DNA of 32,000 nucleotides from Candidatus Saccharimonadota bacterium (GCF_047555085.1 NZ_CP180230.1:570001-602000), one strand, 5' to 3'. Positions 1-9,561 are shown, numbered from the stretch's first letter. Program-made: numbers and translations. Notes: generated by a model not told the origin, from the letters alone.

Positions 1-2128
1 CCTGCTCTGGGCCGCTGAAGAAGAGGCCTGCTATCAGAGTCCCCAGGAATATGAACATCACTTCCCCTGAGTTAGTCGAGAGCAACTGATTCGTGACTTT
101 TCTTATATTGTCGAAGACTGCTCGTCCTTCCGAGATAGCATCTCTTATAGTTACGAAGTTGTCGTCCTGTAGTACCATGTCGCTGCTTTTCTTGGCGACG
201 TCTGTTCCTCTCTGTCCCATGGCTACTCCGACATCCGAGTTTTTCAGCGCAGGCGCATCGTTCACTCCGTCACCTGTCATAGCCACGTTGTATCCGTGAT
301 CCTGAAGGGCCTGAGAGATTCTGACCTTATGTTCTGGAGAGACTCTTGCAAATATCTCTGTCTCCTTAACGGCCTCACCAAGCTCTTCATCACTCATCTT
401 CTCTATCTCCTGGCCGGTGATAGCTCCTTCAGGATCAAATCCAAGCTCCTTCCCTATAGCCTTCGCAGTCTCGATATTATCTCCAGTCGCCATGATCACG
501 CCGATACCTGCATTCCTGCAGTCATTAACTGCATCCTCTACTTCTTCACGTGCCGGATCTATGATTCCCTGAAGGCCCAGAAATACCATGCCACTTTCTA
601 TATCTTCTTCAGAGGCCTCGTCATCATCCAGATCTTTTCTTGCGAATCCAAGAACTCTCAAGGCCTCTCCTGCGTACTCATGATTCTTTTCAAGTATCTC
701 CTCTTTCTTCTCCTCAGTAAGCTTTTTCTCCTCGCCCTCAAGCAGGATCCTGTCACACCTGTCCAGGACTACTTCAGGCGCTCCCTTCATATAGGCCTGG
801 GAATCGTCAGTAACTACGGTCATCCTTTTCCTGTCAGATGAGAAAGGTATACTTCTGACACGTTCTTTATCGTTCTCTATGCCTGCCTTGAGGCCTGAAA
901 TCAACAAGGCCTTTTCAGTTGGTTCTCCACTGAATCCATCGTCTCTTTTCTCTGCATTGTTGCAGTAGACTCCACATTCAAGTACAGGCCTGAGATACTC
1001 CGAATCTATCTTTTCTCCGTCTTTTTTGAAAAGGCCTTGCGTTGATTCGCCTGTGCCTGTAACACTGTAGTCTTCTCCCTGGAAATGGACTTTTTCCACT
1101 GTCATTACGCCCTCAGTCAGAGTTCCTGTCTTATCGGTTACAATGTAGTTAACTGAGCCAAGTGCCTCAACTACTGGAAGACGCCTTACGAGAGCATTTT
1201 TATCTATCAACTTTCGGGAGCCCAGGGCCAGAGTTAAAGTAACTATAGCAGGAAGCGATTCAGGTATAGCCGCAACAGAGAGGCCTATAGCCAGTATGAT
1301 AACTGTTAATGGGCCTGCACCTGTCATAGTCGCCTGTATAAGTGCTGTTAAAGTGACTATGCCGACAACAAGATATCCTATCTTCTTTCCTAGAACATCT
1401 ACTTCCTCCTGGAACGGTGTCTGGCCACTATCTGCTTCCTCAAGCTCCTCCGCTATATCCCCTACCTCGGTATTCATGCCTGTATCCGTGACTATGGCCT
1501 TTCCACGGCCTTTCACCACGTGCGTGTTCATGAAAACCATGTTTGACTGTTCGGCTACTGCAGCTTCTTCATCAGTGACGCCAGGACTTTTTGACACATT
1601 CCGGCTCTCGCCCGTAAGCGCTGATTCATCAGTTGCAAGCGATTCACTCTCCAGAAGTCGTGCGTCAGCAGGAACAGCATCACCCTGCTCAAGATAGACA
1701 ATATCACCTGGAACGACCTGTGTGGAATCAACCTCCATCTTTTTACCGTCCCTCATCACTGTAGACTCCGGCGTCGCCATCTCTTTAAGAGCCTGAATCG
1801 ATTTCTCTGCCTTGTAATCCTGTCTGAACCCGAAAAGTGCATTAGCGAAAAGTATCAGAAATATTATCGCTGCTTCACGGTACTCAGGCGTATGATCCGG
1901 CAATAAACCTATGGAAAGAGAAAGTAAACCTGCTGCCATCAGCAGATATATCAGATTATCGTTAAACTGGCTGAATAAAATTTTCAGTGCAGAATCGGAC
2001 TTTTGTCCCTCTATCCTGTTTTCTCCCTGCTCCTCAAGCTTCTTTTCAGCCTGATCAGAAGTTAAACCTTCTTCACCGGATTCTAGACGGGAAAAAACCT
2101 CTTCTTCACTTAGTACATTCCATCCCAT
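1..2128 (-). CDS. P-type cation-transporting ATPase, type II-like (Ca2+/Mg2+-type); C-terminus cut by the window edge
   Basis: Absent from the ORF track because it runs off the left edge. My minus-strand translation starts at the ATG (complement of 2126-2128) and reads MGWNVLSEEEVFSRLESGEEGLTSDQAEKKLEEQGENRIE..., open all the way to position 1. It contains TGES (actuator), IPESLPA (TM4), DKTGTLT (phosphorylation site), KGAPE, MATGDN and GDGVNDAPAL. Confidence 0.9.
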   Translation of the reverse strand, partial: MGWNVLSEEEVFSRLESGEEGLTSDQAEKKLEEQGENRIEGQKSDSALKILFSQFNDNLIYLLMAAGLLSLSIGLLPDHTPEYREAAIIFLILFANALFGFRQDYKAEKSIQALKEMATPESTVMRDGKKMEVDSTQVVPGDIVYLEQGDAVPADARLLESESLATDESALTGESRNVSKSPGVTDEEAAVAEQSNMVFMNTHVVKGRGKAIVTDTGMNTEVGDIAEELEEADSGQTPFQEEVDVLGKKIGYLVVGIVTLTALIQATMTGAGPLTVIILAIGLSVAAIPESLPAIVTLTLALGSRKLIDKNALVRRLPVVEALGSVNYIVTDKTGTLTEGVMTVEKVHFQGEDYSVTGTGESTQGLFKKDGEKIDSEYLRPVLECGVYCNNAEKRDDGFSGEPTEKALLISGLKAGIENDKERVRSIPFSSDRKRMTVVTDDSQAYMKGAPEVVLDRCDRILLEGEEKKLTEEKKEEILEKNHEYAGEALRVLGFARKDLDDDEASEEDIESGMVFLGLQGIIDPAREEVEDAVNDCRNAGIGVIMATGDNIETAKAIGKELGFDPEGAITGQEIEKMSDEELGEAVKETEIFARVSPEHKVRISQALQDHGYNVAMTGDGVNDAPALKNSDVGVAMGQRGTDVAKKSSDMVLQDDNFVTIRDAISEGRAVFDNIRKVTNQLLSTNSGEVMFIFLGTLIAGLFFSGPEQ

Positions 2129-2302
2129 TCAATAACTGTAATATGCTATAGTCAAATTAAAAAGTAAATCCTAAAGGAAAGCCATATGCCGCAGATCGGG
2201 CCTGCCAATTTTTTCGAGCGATTACAGGCCTTGAAAAGAAATTTCAGGTATTTGTGATTCGTTCAATGAGAATGAGGGAAGGCCTACACAGGTAACCAAT
2301 CT

Positions 2303-2321
2303 GTTACTTGACGCAAGTAAC
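2303..2321. promoter_or_regulatory. Perfect 19-nt palindrome gttacttg-acg-caagtaac just upstream of an A/T-rich TATA-like element (about 2335-2349); candidate operator
   Basis: Read directly: 8-bp arms and a 3-nt centre. It sits in the 258-bp divergent intergenic region between the P-type ATPase (minus) and the histidine kinase (plus). A GGTGA Shine-Dalgarno lies at about 2371-2375. Confidence 0.35.
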
Positions 2322-2386
2322 AACATATATTTAAATTTTGTGGAACTTTTCTCTACTAGGCCTCTGGCCGTGGTGAAAAATCAAAT

Positions 2387-3781
2387 ATGGCTTTTACAGA
2401 TGAGATCTATGCATTAGTAGTCGACGATGATCAGGCCTCTGCGGAGACTGCCTCGATGATCATTGATGAGAAGTCTGACTACGTTACTGCAGAATATGTT
2501 ACATCGGGAGAGGCCGCTCTTGAAGTACTTGAATCCGAGAATATACATACTGTTGTATCCGACTACTCTATGCCAGGAATGGACGGCATGGAGCTTCTTG
2601 AGGAAGTAAATGAAAACTACGATCTTCCCTTCATCCTGTACACAGGAGAAGGATCAGAAGAGCTGGCTGTTCAGGCCTTGAAGTCAGGAGCAGAGGACTA
2701 CGTCACTAAAGGAGGAGCTGAAACGTTTGAAGTGCTTGCAAATCGTGTTGAAAATGCAGCTGTAAGTAAAAAAGCCGAGGATGAAGTGAACGTCTTTAAA
2801 GAAGGTGCAGAGAATGCAGGACATGCAATACAGGTTACAGATCCTGAAGGCAGAATAGTTTACGTCAATCCGGCCTTTGAAGATATAACAGGTTATGATG
2901 AATCCGAGGTTATAGGCGAGAACCCCTCGATACTCAGTTCTGGCGAACACGAAGACGAGTTCTATGAGCAGATGTGGACAACTATAGAAGCCGGAGAAGT
3001 GTGGCATGGAGAGATACTAAACGAAGATAGTGAGGGAGAACATTTCTGGGTGGATCAGACTATATCTCCGATTACTGATAACTCTGGAGATTTACAGTAC
3101 CTTATCGCCATAAATACAGATATTACAGATAAGAAAGAGAATAAGCACAGGCGTGAAGTCCTGAACACGATGCTCCGACACGACATCGCCAACAACCAGC
3201 AAGTCATCGCAGGAAACCTCACCATGCTTCAGGAGACAGAACTAGATGATAGACAGCAGGAGTACGTCAATAAGATACAGAGAAATGTAAATCAGAATAC
3301 AGACATCATGCACGGAATCAGAGGCCTTCTAAACGATAAAGACGGTGCTGAAAAGGAGATAGGCCTCAGAGACGTAGTTAATGAGGCACTTGAACAGAAC
3401 AAGACACAGGCAGACAGAAATAATGTAAGAATCAGATCAGATGTAGGAGACTCCTACAATGTAGTAGCAGGGCCTCTACTTGGACAGGCACTATCCAATC
3501 TCGTGGAGAACGCAGTAGTCCATCCTGAAAACGTGGAGAACGTGAGAATCGGCGCAGAGGCCTCTGAAGAAAATATAGAGATTTTCGTATCTGATGACGG
3601 TGATGGCGTGCCGGATGGCTTCAGTTTCGAGAAAGGTGCAAAAGGCGACGATTCCGATGGTACAGGTATCGGCACATGGCTCGTCAAGGAGATAGCAGAA
3701 GAATACGGCAACGGTATCGAAGTTGAGGAGTCTGAAGAAGGTGGCGCCAGATTCAGCATGAGGCTTCAGCAGGCCGAATAA
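2387..3781 (+). CDS. Hybrid sensor histidine kinase (N-terminal receiver, PAS, HisKA-like, HATPase_c)
   Basis: REC: VVDDD...SDYSMPGMDGMELLE...KSGAEDYVTK. PAS: VNPAFEDITGYDESEVIGENPSIL...WHGEILN. H-box: LRHDIANNQQVIAGNL. ATPase: NLVENAVVH, SDDGDGVP, GTGIGTWLV. Confidence 0.85.
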   Translation: MAFTDEIYALVVDDDQASAETASMIIDEKSDYVTAEYVTSGEAALEVLESENIHTVVSDYSMPGMDGMELLEEVNENYDLPFILYTGEGSEELAVQALKSGAEDYVTKGGAETFEVLANRVENAAVSKKAEDEVNVFKEGAENAGHAIQVTDPEGRIVYVNPAFEDITGYDESEVIGENPSILSSGEHEDEFYEQMWTTIEAGEVWHGEILNEDSEGEHFWVDQTISPITDNSGDLQYLIAINTDITDKKENKHRREVLNTMLRHDIANNQQVIAGNLTMLQETELDDRQQEYVNKIQRNVNQNTDIMHGIRGLLNDKDGAEKEIGLRDVVNEALEQNKTQADRNNVRIRSDVGDSYNVVAGPLLGQALSNLVENAVVHPENVENVRIGAEASEENIEIFVSDDGDGVPDGFSFEKGAKGDDSDGTGIGTWLVKEIAEEYGNGIEVEESEEGGARFSMRLQQAE

Positions 3782-3825
3782 AAAACTAGACGCCCAAGAA
3801 ATTTCTGGGAGGAGGAAAATTTTTA

Positions 3826-4296
3826 TTGAAAATTGAATCCGGAAATCAAGGCCTGAAAGGCTGGTACGACGGAGCACTGAAGAAGAGCGCTCAGGAAGAT
3901 GATTTTGAACTCCATCAAGACGACAATTATGCACTTATCCCGGATGCCTCTATGGCAGAAGAGGCCTGGAAAGATATCAGAAACACAGGCCTTGACGTGA
4001 TTGTCGACGGAGTGCTACATATGCAGGAGTTTCTGACAGGAGGACAGAGATTCGAGCTTGGACAGGTCGACAGGACAGGCATTGTTCTGGATGATAACTA
4101 TGCAGGCAGGAAAATAGGCGTGTCAGGATACGATCTCGTGTTTTTTGACGGAGAAGATGAAAGAGTATACAGCAACAGTTCTCTGGATGAGTTAGAGAAC
4201 GAGATGTACGGCTGGTTCAACGACGAGCAGGCAGATGCCTACATGCAGGAACTGAAGCCGCTTATAGACAGAGGAAACTGGCCCTGGACAGAGTGA
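3826..4296 (+). CDS. Hypothetical acidic protein; start uncertain (track start is TTG)
   Basis: 156-aa ORF with the acidic composition of the neighbouring genes. I recognise no motif. Confidence 0.45.
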   Translation: MKIESGNQGLKGWYDGALKKSAQEDDFELHQDDNYALIPDASMAEEAWKDIRNTGLDVIVDGVLHMQEFLTGGQRFELGQVDRTGIVLDDNYAGRKIGVSGYDLVFFDGEDERVYSNSSLDELENEMYGWFNDEQADAYMQELKPLIDRGNWPWTE

Positions 4297-4307
4297 ATTT
4301 TTAAAGA

Positions 4308-4757
4308 ATGAATCTCTCTACTGTCTCCATGAAACAGAAACTCCAGAAGCTCAATCCAGAACTGGAAAAAGAGAAGTACATCTACATACTCGTTATATTC
4401 CTGGCAGCGGCCCTAACAGGATTCATTGCCGGAGAAAATTTCCAGAACGGTACAGAAACTATCAGTATCGACGCCGAGATAAACAGCTCGAACTCAGTCG
4501 AGACAGTGGAGTTCTTCAACCACTCCGTCGACTTCATGGTGGAGGACGGAACGAACTCTACATTCTACATGGACAAAAACCGGGATGGCTCAGCAGACCA
4601 GACGTTTGACACCGAAAGCGACGGAGAAATCCACCAGAACAACGTACTCGTCGACTATCCGGAAAACGTGTACCGTATAACTTACAGATATCAGGACAGC
4701 CCGGAAATAGAAGACGACGGCTGGATGGAGATATACCGTGTAGAGGCCCTGAAGTAG
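4308..4757 (+). CDS. Hypothetical N-terminally membrane-anchored protein with an extracytoplasmic domain
   Basis: One hydrophobic helix (YIYILVIFLAAALTGFIAG) is followed by an acidic domain carrying four N-x-S/T sequons (NGT, NSS, NHS, NST). Confidence 0.5.
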   Translation: MNLSTVSMKQKLQKLNPELEKEKYIYILVIFLAAALTGFIAGENFQNGTETISIDAEINSSNSVETVEFFNHSVDFMVEDGTNSTFYMDKNRDGSADQTFDTESDGEIHQNNVLVDYPENVYRITYRYQDSPEIEDDGWMEIYRVEALK

Positions 4758-4776
4758 AACTTCTATCGGAAGCTAT

Positions 4777-5271
4777 TCACAGTTTTTTCCTGTACCGGTA
4801 ACGATAGTATCTTCTGAAAACATTTTGCAGAGGCCCTGGAAGCCTTGGATATATTCCTCTGATCTTTCTGTAGAAACGATTCCTCAGATATTTTTTCTCC
4901 GGCATCTCTAGACAGGTAACATTGTTTCTCCGCCACATCTCCGCCACGAAATTTTTGTCATCGACCGCGAAACTTATCTCCAGGCCTTCATCCCGTAACT
5001 TTTCCAGTATATCTTTCTTGAATTTTTCATCCGGGATGCCGAAGCTGTCTTCAGGCCTCATGTAAAGTCTATCGAAATCGATGTCAGAGGCCTCCAGCTT
5101 CTTGACTGTCTCGTCTCGCACCTCTTCTGCTCGTGCAGTCAGGAGGACTGTTAAAGTATCGTCCTTCTCCTGCATGTTCTCCAGGAGATTGCGTGCAGAT
5201 TCGATGAAGTCATCATCGTCGTCGTCAGATCCTACAAGAGTGTCATCGATATCGAAGATGGCGGCCTTCAT
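4777..5271 (-). CDS. HAD-superfamily phosphatase (resembles the PNKP-type 3'-phosphatase/nucleotidase subgroup) with an Arg/Tyr-rich basic tail
   Basis: MKAAIFDIDDTL carries the DxDxT motif I, LLTAR is motif II-like, and a later K...DD follows. I prefer the ATG at 5271 over the track's GTG at 5289. The C-terminus reads RNRFYRKIRGIYPRLPGPLQNVFRRYYRYRYRKKL. Confidence 0.65.
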   Translation of the reverse strand: MKAAIFDIDDTLVGSDDDDDDFIESARNLLENMQEKDDTLTVLLTARAEEVRDETVKKLEASDIDFDRLYMRPEDSFGIPDEKFKKDILEKLRDEGLEISFAVDDKNFVAEMWRRNNVTCLEMPEKKYLRNRFYRKIRGIYPRLPGPLQNVFRRYYRYRYRKKL

Positions 5272-5329
5272 CTGGAGAAGATTTCGCACTCAGTAAATAA
5301 AAAAGGAGAAGAAAAAGTTACAGAGGAAT

Positions 5330-6124
5330 TTACCAGGGAGCAAAGCCTGGATCGACCATGCGTTCCTCTCTGTCTATAGAATCGATCTTCTGAACGTCTT
5401 CGTCGTCAAGCTCGAGATCAAGGGCCTCGTAGTTATCTCTAATGTGTTCCTCACTACTGGCTTTAGGAATAGCTACTACTCCATCTTTCTGCATCAGCCA
5501 GGCAAGACTTACCTGCGCCTCTGAGACATCATGCTTTTCTGCGACTTCCTGAATCTCTGGAACGTCAAATACCTCTCCACGTGCCAGAGGACTGTACGCT
5601 ACAAGAGTTACATCGTGTTCACGGCACTTTTCCAGAAGTTCCTCCTGCTGAAGCAACGGATGCATCTCGACCTGATTCGCGATGATGTGCTTCGGAGCTA
5701 TCTCCATCGCTTTATCCAGCTGTTCCGGAGTGAAGTTGCTGACACCGATGTTCCTGATTTCTCCACTGTGAACAAGCTCCTTGAAGGCCTTCAGAGTTTC
5801 CTGCGGACTGTAGTCTCCGGCAGGCCAGTGAACATACATCAGGTCAACGTAGTCGACTCCAAGCTTCTCTACAGATTCTTTTGTAGAGGCCTTCACGTTT
5901 TCCGGAGCCAGTTGATCGATCCAGACCTTCGAGGCCAGGAAGTAATCCTCTCTATCGACATCCGCGTCTTCGAGGCCTTTTCCGACGTCTTCCTCATTTT
6001 CGTATGCCTGAGCAGTATCTATATGCCTGTAGCCCATGTTGAGAGCTGTTTCCACGGATTTTGCGCATTCTTCAGGATCTGTGTTCTGCCAGGTTCCAAG
6101 GCCTAGCTTCGGTATATCAGTCAT
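5330..6124 (-). CDS. Aldo/keto reductase (2,5-diketo-D-gluconate reductase-like)
   Basis: LGLGTWQ, GYRHIDTAQAYENEEDVG, LMYVHWP and IGVSNF are classical AKR signatures. Confidence 0.9.
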   Translation of the reverse strand: MTDIPKLGLGTWQNTDPEECAKSVETALNMGYRHIDTAQAYENEEDVGKGLEDADVDREDYFLASKVWIDQLAPENVKASTKESVEKLGVDYVDLMYVHWPAGDYSPQETLKAFKELVHSGEIRNIGVSNFTPEQLDKAMEIAPKHIIANQVEMHPLLQQEELLEKCREHDVTLVAYSPLARGEVFDVPEIQEVAEKHDVSEAQVSLAWLMQKDGVVAIPKASSEEHIRDNYEALDLELDDEDVQKIDSIDREERMVDPGFAPW

Positions 6125-6201
6125 AAGTTATCACTTTCGTGCTTGAAAGAATTCTGGAAAGTTTACAAACCTTCACATTTCTCTGGAGTAACCGGATTGA
6201 A

Positions 6202-6209
6202 TTTTTTAT
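6202..6209 (+). promoter_or_regulatory. TATA-like box (ttttttat) at -31..-24 of the pepF ATG; implies a leaderless or near-leaderless mRNA
   Basis: Read directly. The same spacing recurs upstream of several other genes in the window. Confidence 0.4.
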
Positions 6210-6232
6210 CTGTAGGCCTCTAATTCCTATCT

Positions 6233-8008
6233 ATGGTACAGGAAAGAGAGGAAATAGAAGACAGTTACAAATGGAATCTTGAGGAAATGTTTTCAAGCGA
6301 TGAGGAATGGAGCGAAACTTTCGAACAGGCCTCTGAGGAAATCGAAAAATTTGATGAGTATAAAGGAAAAGTTACTGAGCCCGGCGAAACTTTACTTGAA
6401 GTCCTGAAGCTGCGTGAAAAAGTCAAGCGGAAGATCAAGAATCTGGCTTCGTACGCTCAGATGCGTTACGATCAGGATACACGGAATCAGGAGTATCAGG
6501 CGCTTAAATCCAAGGCCTCTACACTCTCATCCGAGTTTTCTTCTGCTACAAGCTTTATCGAGCCGGAGATCCAGGACGCTGGAGAGGAACGTATACAGGA
6601 ATTGATCGAGGAAGAGGAAGATCTGGAAGTCTACAGGCATTACTTCGATGATGTTCTGCGTTTCAGGCCTCACACACTGTCTAAAAGCGAGGAAAAGCTT
6701 GTTTCCTCTCTGGGTGATGTCCTGGATGCACCGGACGATGCGTACAAGATGCTGATGAACGCTGATATGACGTTCCCTGAAGTCCAGACGCCTGAAGGCG
6801 AAAAAGTCGAGATCACTCAGAGCAACTTCACAAAGTTCCTGAAGAACAGCGATAGAGAATTCAGAAAGGAAGTATACGAAAAGTTCTACGACGAGATCGA
6901 TACAGTGAGGAATACTGTAACTTCCACTTTCCAGAAGAACGTGAAGCGTAACGTCAAGATGGCGGATATACGTGACTATGATTCGGCGCGAGAGGCCTCT
7001 CTGTTCAGTTCAAATATTCCTGTAGATGTGTACGATAATCTTGTGGATTCTGTAGAGGCCAATCTCGATGCTTTACACAGACATCTCGAGTTGAAGGAGT
7101 CTGTGCTTGACGTCGATCAGTTAGGAATGGAAGATGTCTACATGCCGGTCGCTACTTCAGATGAGCCGGAGATAGATTTCGAGGAAGCGAAGGAGTACGT
7201 GTTAAAGGCTGTCGAGCCGCTGGGCGAGAAGTATCAGGAGGCGATGCGTGAAGGTCTTGAAAGCGGATGGGTTGATGTCTACGAGAATCGTGGAAAGCGT
7301 TCAGGAGCTTACTCCGGTGGAACATATGATTCGATGCCGTACATCCTCCTCAATTACCAGGACGATGTCAACTCTATGTATACACTTGCCCATGAACTCG
7401 GCCACTCCATGCATTCATACTTCTCCACAGGCAATCAGCCGTACGTATACGGCGGCTACAAGATCTTCGTCGCAGAAGTCGCATCGACAGTTAACGAGGC
7501 CTTGTTGACGAGATACCTGATGGAGAATGCGCCTGAAGAAGTCAGGAAACATGCTTTGAGCCATTACCTGGAAAATTTCAGGAACACGCTGTTCAGACAG
7601 ACGATGTTCGCAGACTTCGAACAACGTGTGCATGAGGAAGTTGAGGATGGCGAAGCACTGACCTCGAAGAAACTGAATGAGATGTATGGAGGCCTGAAGG
7701 AGGATTACTACAGGCCTGCAGATGTGGATGAGCGTATCGAGAGGGAGTGGATGCGTATCCCGCATTTCTACTACAACTTCTACGTCTACCAGTACGCTAC
7801 AGGTATCTCTGCTGCAGAGACGCTTGTAGAAAAGATCAAAGATGAAGGGCCTGAAGACTACATCGAATTCCTGAAGACAGGATCATCCAAGTATCCACTG
7901 GAGGCCCTGAAAGTTGCAGGTGTAGACATGGAGGATCCTGAAGCAGTAGAGAAAGCTATAGAACATTACAGGGAACACATAGAGAAAGGAGAGGAAATGT
8001 TCGAATAG
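6233..8008 (+). CDS. pepF: Oligoendopeptidase F (M3B family metallopeptidase)
   Basis: 591 aa with the HExxH zinc site in TLAHELGHSMH. Overall length and layout are typical of PepF. Confidence 0.9.
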   Translation: MVQEREEIEDSYKWNLEEMFSSDEEWSETFEQASEEIEKFDEYKGKVTEPGETLLEVLKLREKVKRKIKNLASYAQMRYDQDTRNQEYQALKSKASTLSSEFSSATSFIEPEIQDAGEERIQELIEEEEDLEVYRHYFDDVLRFRPHTLSKSEEKLVSSLGDVLDAPDDAYKMLMNADMTFPEVQTPEGEKVEITQSNFTKFLKNSDREFRKEVYEKFYDEIDTVRNTVTSTFQKNVKRNVKMADIRDYDSAREASLFSSNIPVDVYDNLVDSVEANLDALHRHLELKESVLDVDQLGMEDVYMPVATSDEPEIDFEEAKEYVLKAVEPLGEKYQEAMREGLESGWVDVYENRGKRSGAYSGGTYDSMPYILLNYQDDVNSMYTLAHELGHSMHSYFSTGNQPYVYGGYKIFVAEVASTVNEALLTRYLMENAPEEVRKHALSHYLENFRNTLFRQTMFADFEQRVHEEVEDGEALTSKKLNEMYGGLKEDYYRPADVDERIEREWMRIPHFYYNFYVYQYATGISAAETLVEKIKDEGPEDYIEFLKTGSSKYPLEALKVAGVDMEDPEAVEKAIEHYREHIEKGEEMFE

Positions 8009-8045
8009 CGGCCTGAAGTATGAGGGATTTTTTCTCCCCTATTTT

Positions 8046-8243
8046 TTATCCATATCTTCTGTAGACTTTGATCAGTACCCAGACAAAGCAGTAGAACACT
8101 GTGAGCTTGAAGCCTACATCTATACTTGAATATCCGAACGCCGGGGCAAAAATCACCAGGATCCATGAGGCAGCGATAGCCGCAATACCTGTCGCCCCGA
8201 GAACTTTTCTCTGCTTCTTTGAAAGACTATCCAGAAAACCCAT
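8046..8243 (-). CDS. Small two-TM membrane protein
   Basis: 65 aa with two hydrophobic helices. Its start lies 7 nt after the stop of the upstream coiled-coil gene, so the two are probably co-transcribed. Confidence 0.5.
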   Translation of the reverse strand: MGFLDSLSKKQRKVLGATGIAAIAASWILVIFAPAFGYSSIDVGFKLTVFYCFVWVLIKVYRRYG

Positions 8244-8250
8244 GAACTAA

Positions 8251-9510
8251 TCAGGCCTCCGTGGATTTTTCAAACCAGGCCTTCAGAGTTACATCAACAC
8301 CGAGAGTCTTCTCCATGAATATCTCCAGTGTACGCAGCTCCTCCAGTCTGTCCTCCTCCAGATCCTCTAACTTTTCCTCCAGGCCATGAAGACGCTCCTG
8401 CTTGTCCTCAAGATCTCTTTCAAGGCCTTCAATCTTCTTCACAAGACTTTCACGCTTATCAGTTATATCCATTTCATCAAGCTCATCTTTCTTCGCCTCT
8501 ATCTCATCTTCGTACTCTCTTATCTCATTTTTATCGGCATCAAAGCCTTCAAAGTTCTCAACAGCATCTTCAAATTTTTCCAGCTGTCTATCATCAAGCA
8601 AGTCCTCTTCACGGATCTTTTCACAGGCCTTCTCCAGTTCAGAGGAAGGATTCTCTACAGAATCAAATTCTTTATCACGTATCCTCTTCAGAACACCAAG
8701 ATCGCCGTCGAAATCCGTACCAGAGTTCTCTACACTGTAGATAAGCTTTTTCAGGCCTCTATCAAGATTTGAAGCTCGACGGGAGATAGACTTCCGAACA
8801 TCGTCCCTCCTGGACTCGAGATAATTTATGCTGTCCTCAAGATCCTCCTTCCTATCCCAGGCCTCTGTACTCTCCAGCTCCTCCAGCTCATCTTTCCTAT
8901 CATCTAAATTCTCTTCTACATCTTCTATTTCATTTTTAACTGACTCAATTTTCTCTTCAGTTTTATCTATATCTTCAGAGAATCTTTCTATTCTTGATAG
9001 GGCCTTTTCAATCTGTTCAAGCTGTTTTATCGCCTGATACTCTTCTTTGATAAAATCTGACATCTCATCCCTGTGCTCAACGACAGCACTGAATTTTTCT
9101 GAGAGCACTCCAGAACTCTGCTCCACTCTCTTCATCACAGCACCTTCTTTGCGTGATACATCGTTTAACTCTTCCACAAAATCATCGAGATCTTCAAAAT
9201 GTTCTTCTAACTCTTCAGAGGCCTCAAAGTTGTCTATGAGCTTCTTGCGTGATTCATAGAAGTTTTGTGCTACATCTTCAACGGCCTGTATATCTGCCGC
9301 GTCCTCATAATCCGTTAGTTCATCCAGGCTTTCATCAAGCTCCTGAAGAAGATCATCTGTCCTTGAAACTAGCTGATCTGATCTTTCACGAGCTTTCTCG
9401 ATTTCCTGTTGCCTTCTTCTCCTGAAAGTTTTCTCTGCTTCGTCTAAATCTACTTCTAGTTCTTCTTCCTCCTTGGAAAAAATATTTTCCAGCTTGTCGA
9501 TCAGGCCCAT
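8251..9510 (-). CDS. Acidic coiled-coil protein (about 419 aa), function unknown
   Basis: Long Glu/Asp/Lys-rich heptad-like sequence. I prefer the ATG at 9510 (MGLIDKLENIF...) because the track's GTG at 9555 lies inside the TATA-like tttaaat element. Confidence 0.6.
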   Translation of the reverse strand: MGLIDKLENIFSKEEEELEVDLDEAEKTFRRRRQQEIEKARERSDQLVSRTDDLLQELDESLDELTDYEDAADIQAVEDVAQNFYESRKKLIDNFEASEELEEHFEDLDDFVEELNDVSRKEGAVMKRVEQSSGVLSEKFSAVVEHRDEMSDFIKEEYQAIKQLEQIEKALSRIERFSEDIDKTEEKIESVKNEIEDVEENLDDRKDELEELESTEAWDRKEDLEDSINYLESRRDDVRKSISRRASNLDRGLKKLIYSVENSGTDFDGDLGVLKRIRDKEFDSVENPSSELEKACEKIREEDLLDDRQLEKFEDAVENFEGFDADKNEIREYEDEIEAKKDELDEMDITDKRESLVKKIEGLERDLEDKQERLHGLEEKLEDLEEDRLEELRTLEIFMEKTLGVDVTLKAWFEKSTEA

Positions 9511-9561
9511 GACATCTCTGGATAATTTTTGCACTCCCAGATTTAAACAGGTCACCTAATA

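Noticed and set aside
296-1697. Track ORFs 93-299, 296-841 and 1296-1697 on the plus strand
   Set aside because: They lie opposite an uninterrupted minus-strand reading frame that carries every P-type ATPase signature motif.
8328-9259. Several plus-strand ORFs (8328-8744, 8386-8772, 8402-8740, 8828-9037, 9047-9259) with Ser/Leu/Phe-rich translations
   Set aside because: They are antisense shadows of the GAA/GAG/GAT-rich coiled-coil gene on the minus strand. Their low-complexity Ser/Phe/Leu composition is unlike the acidic proteome.
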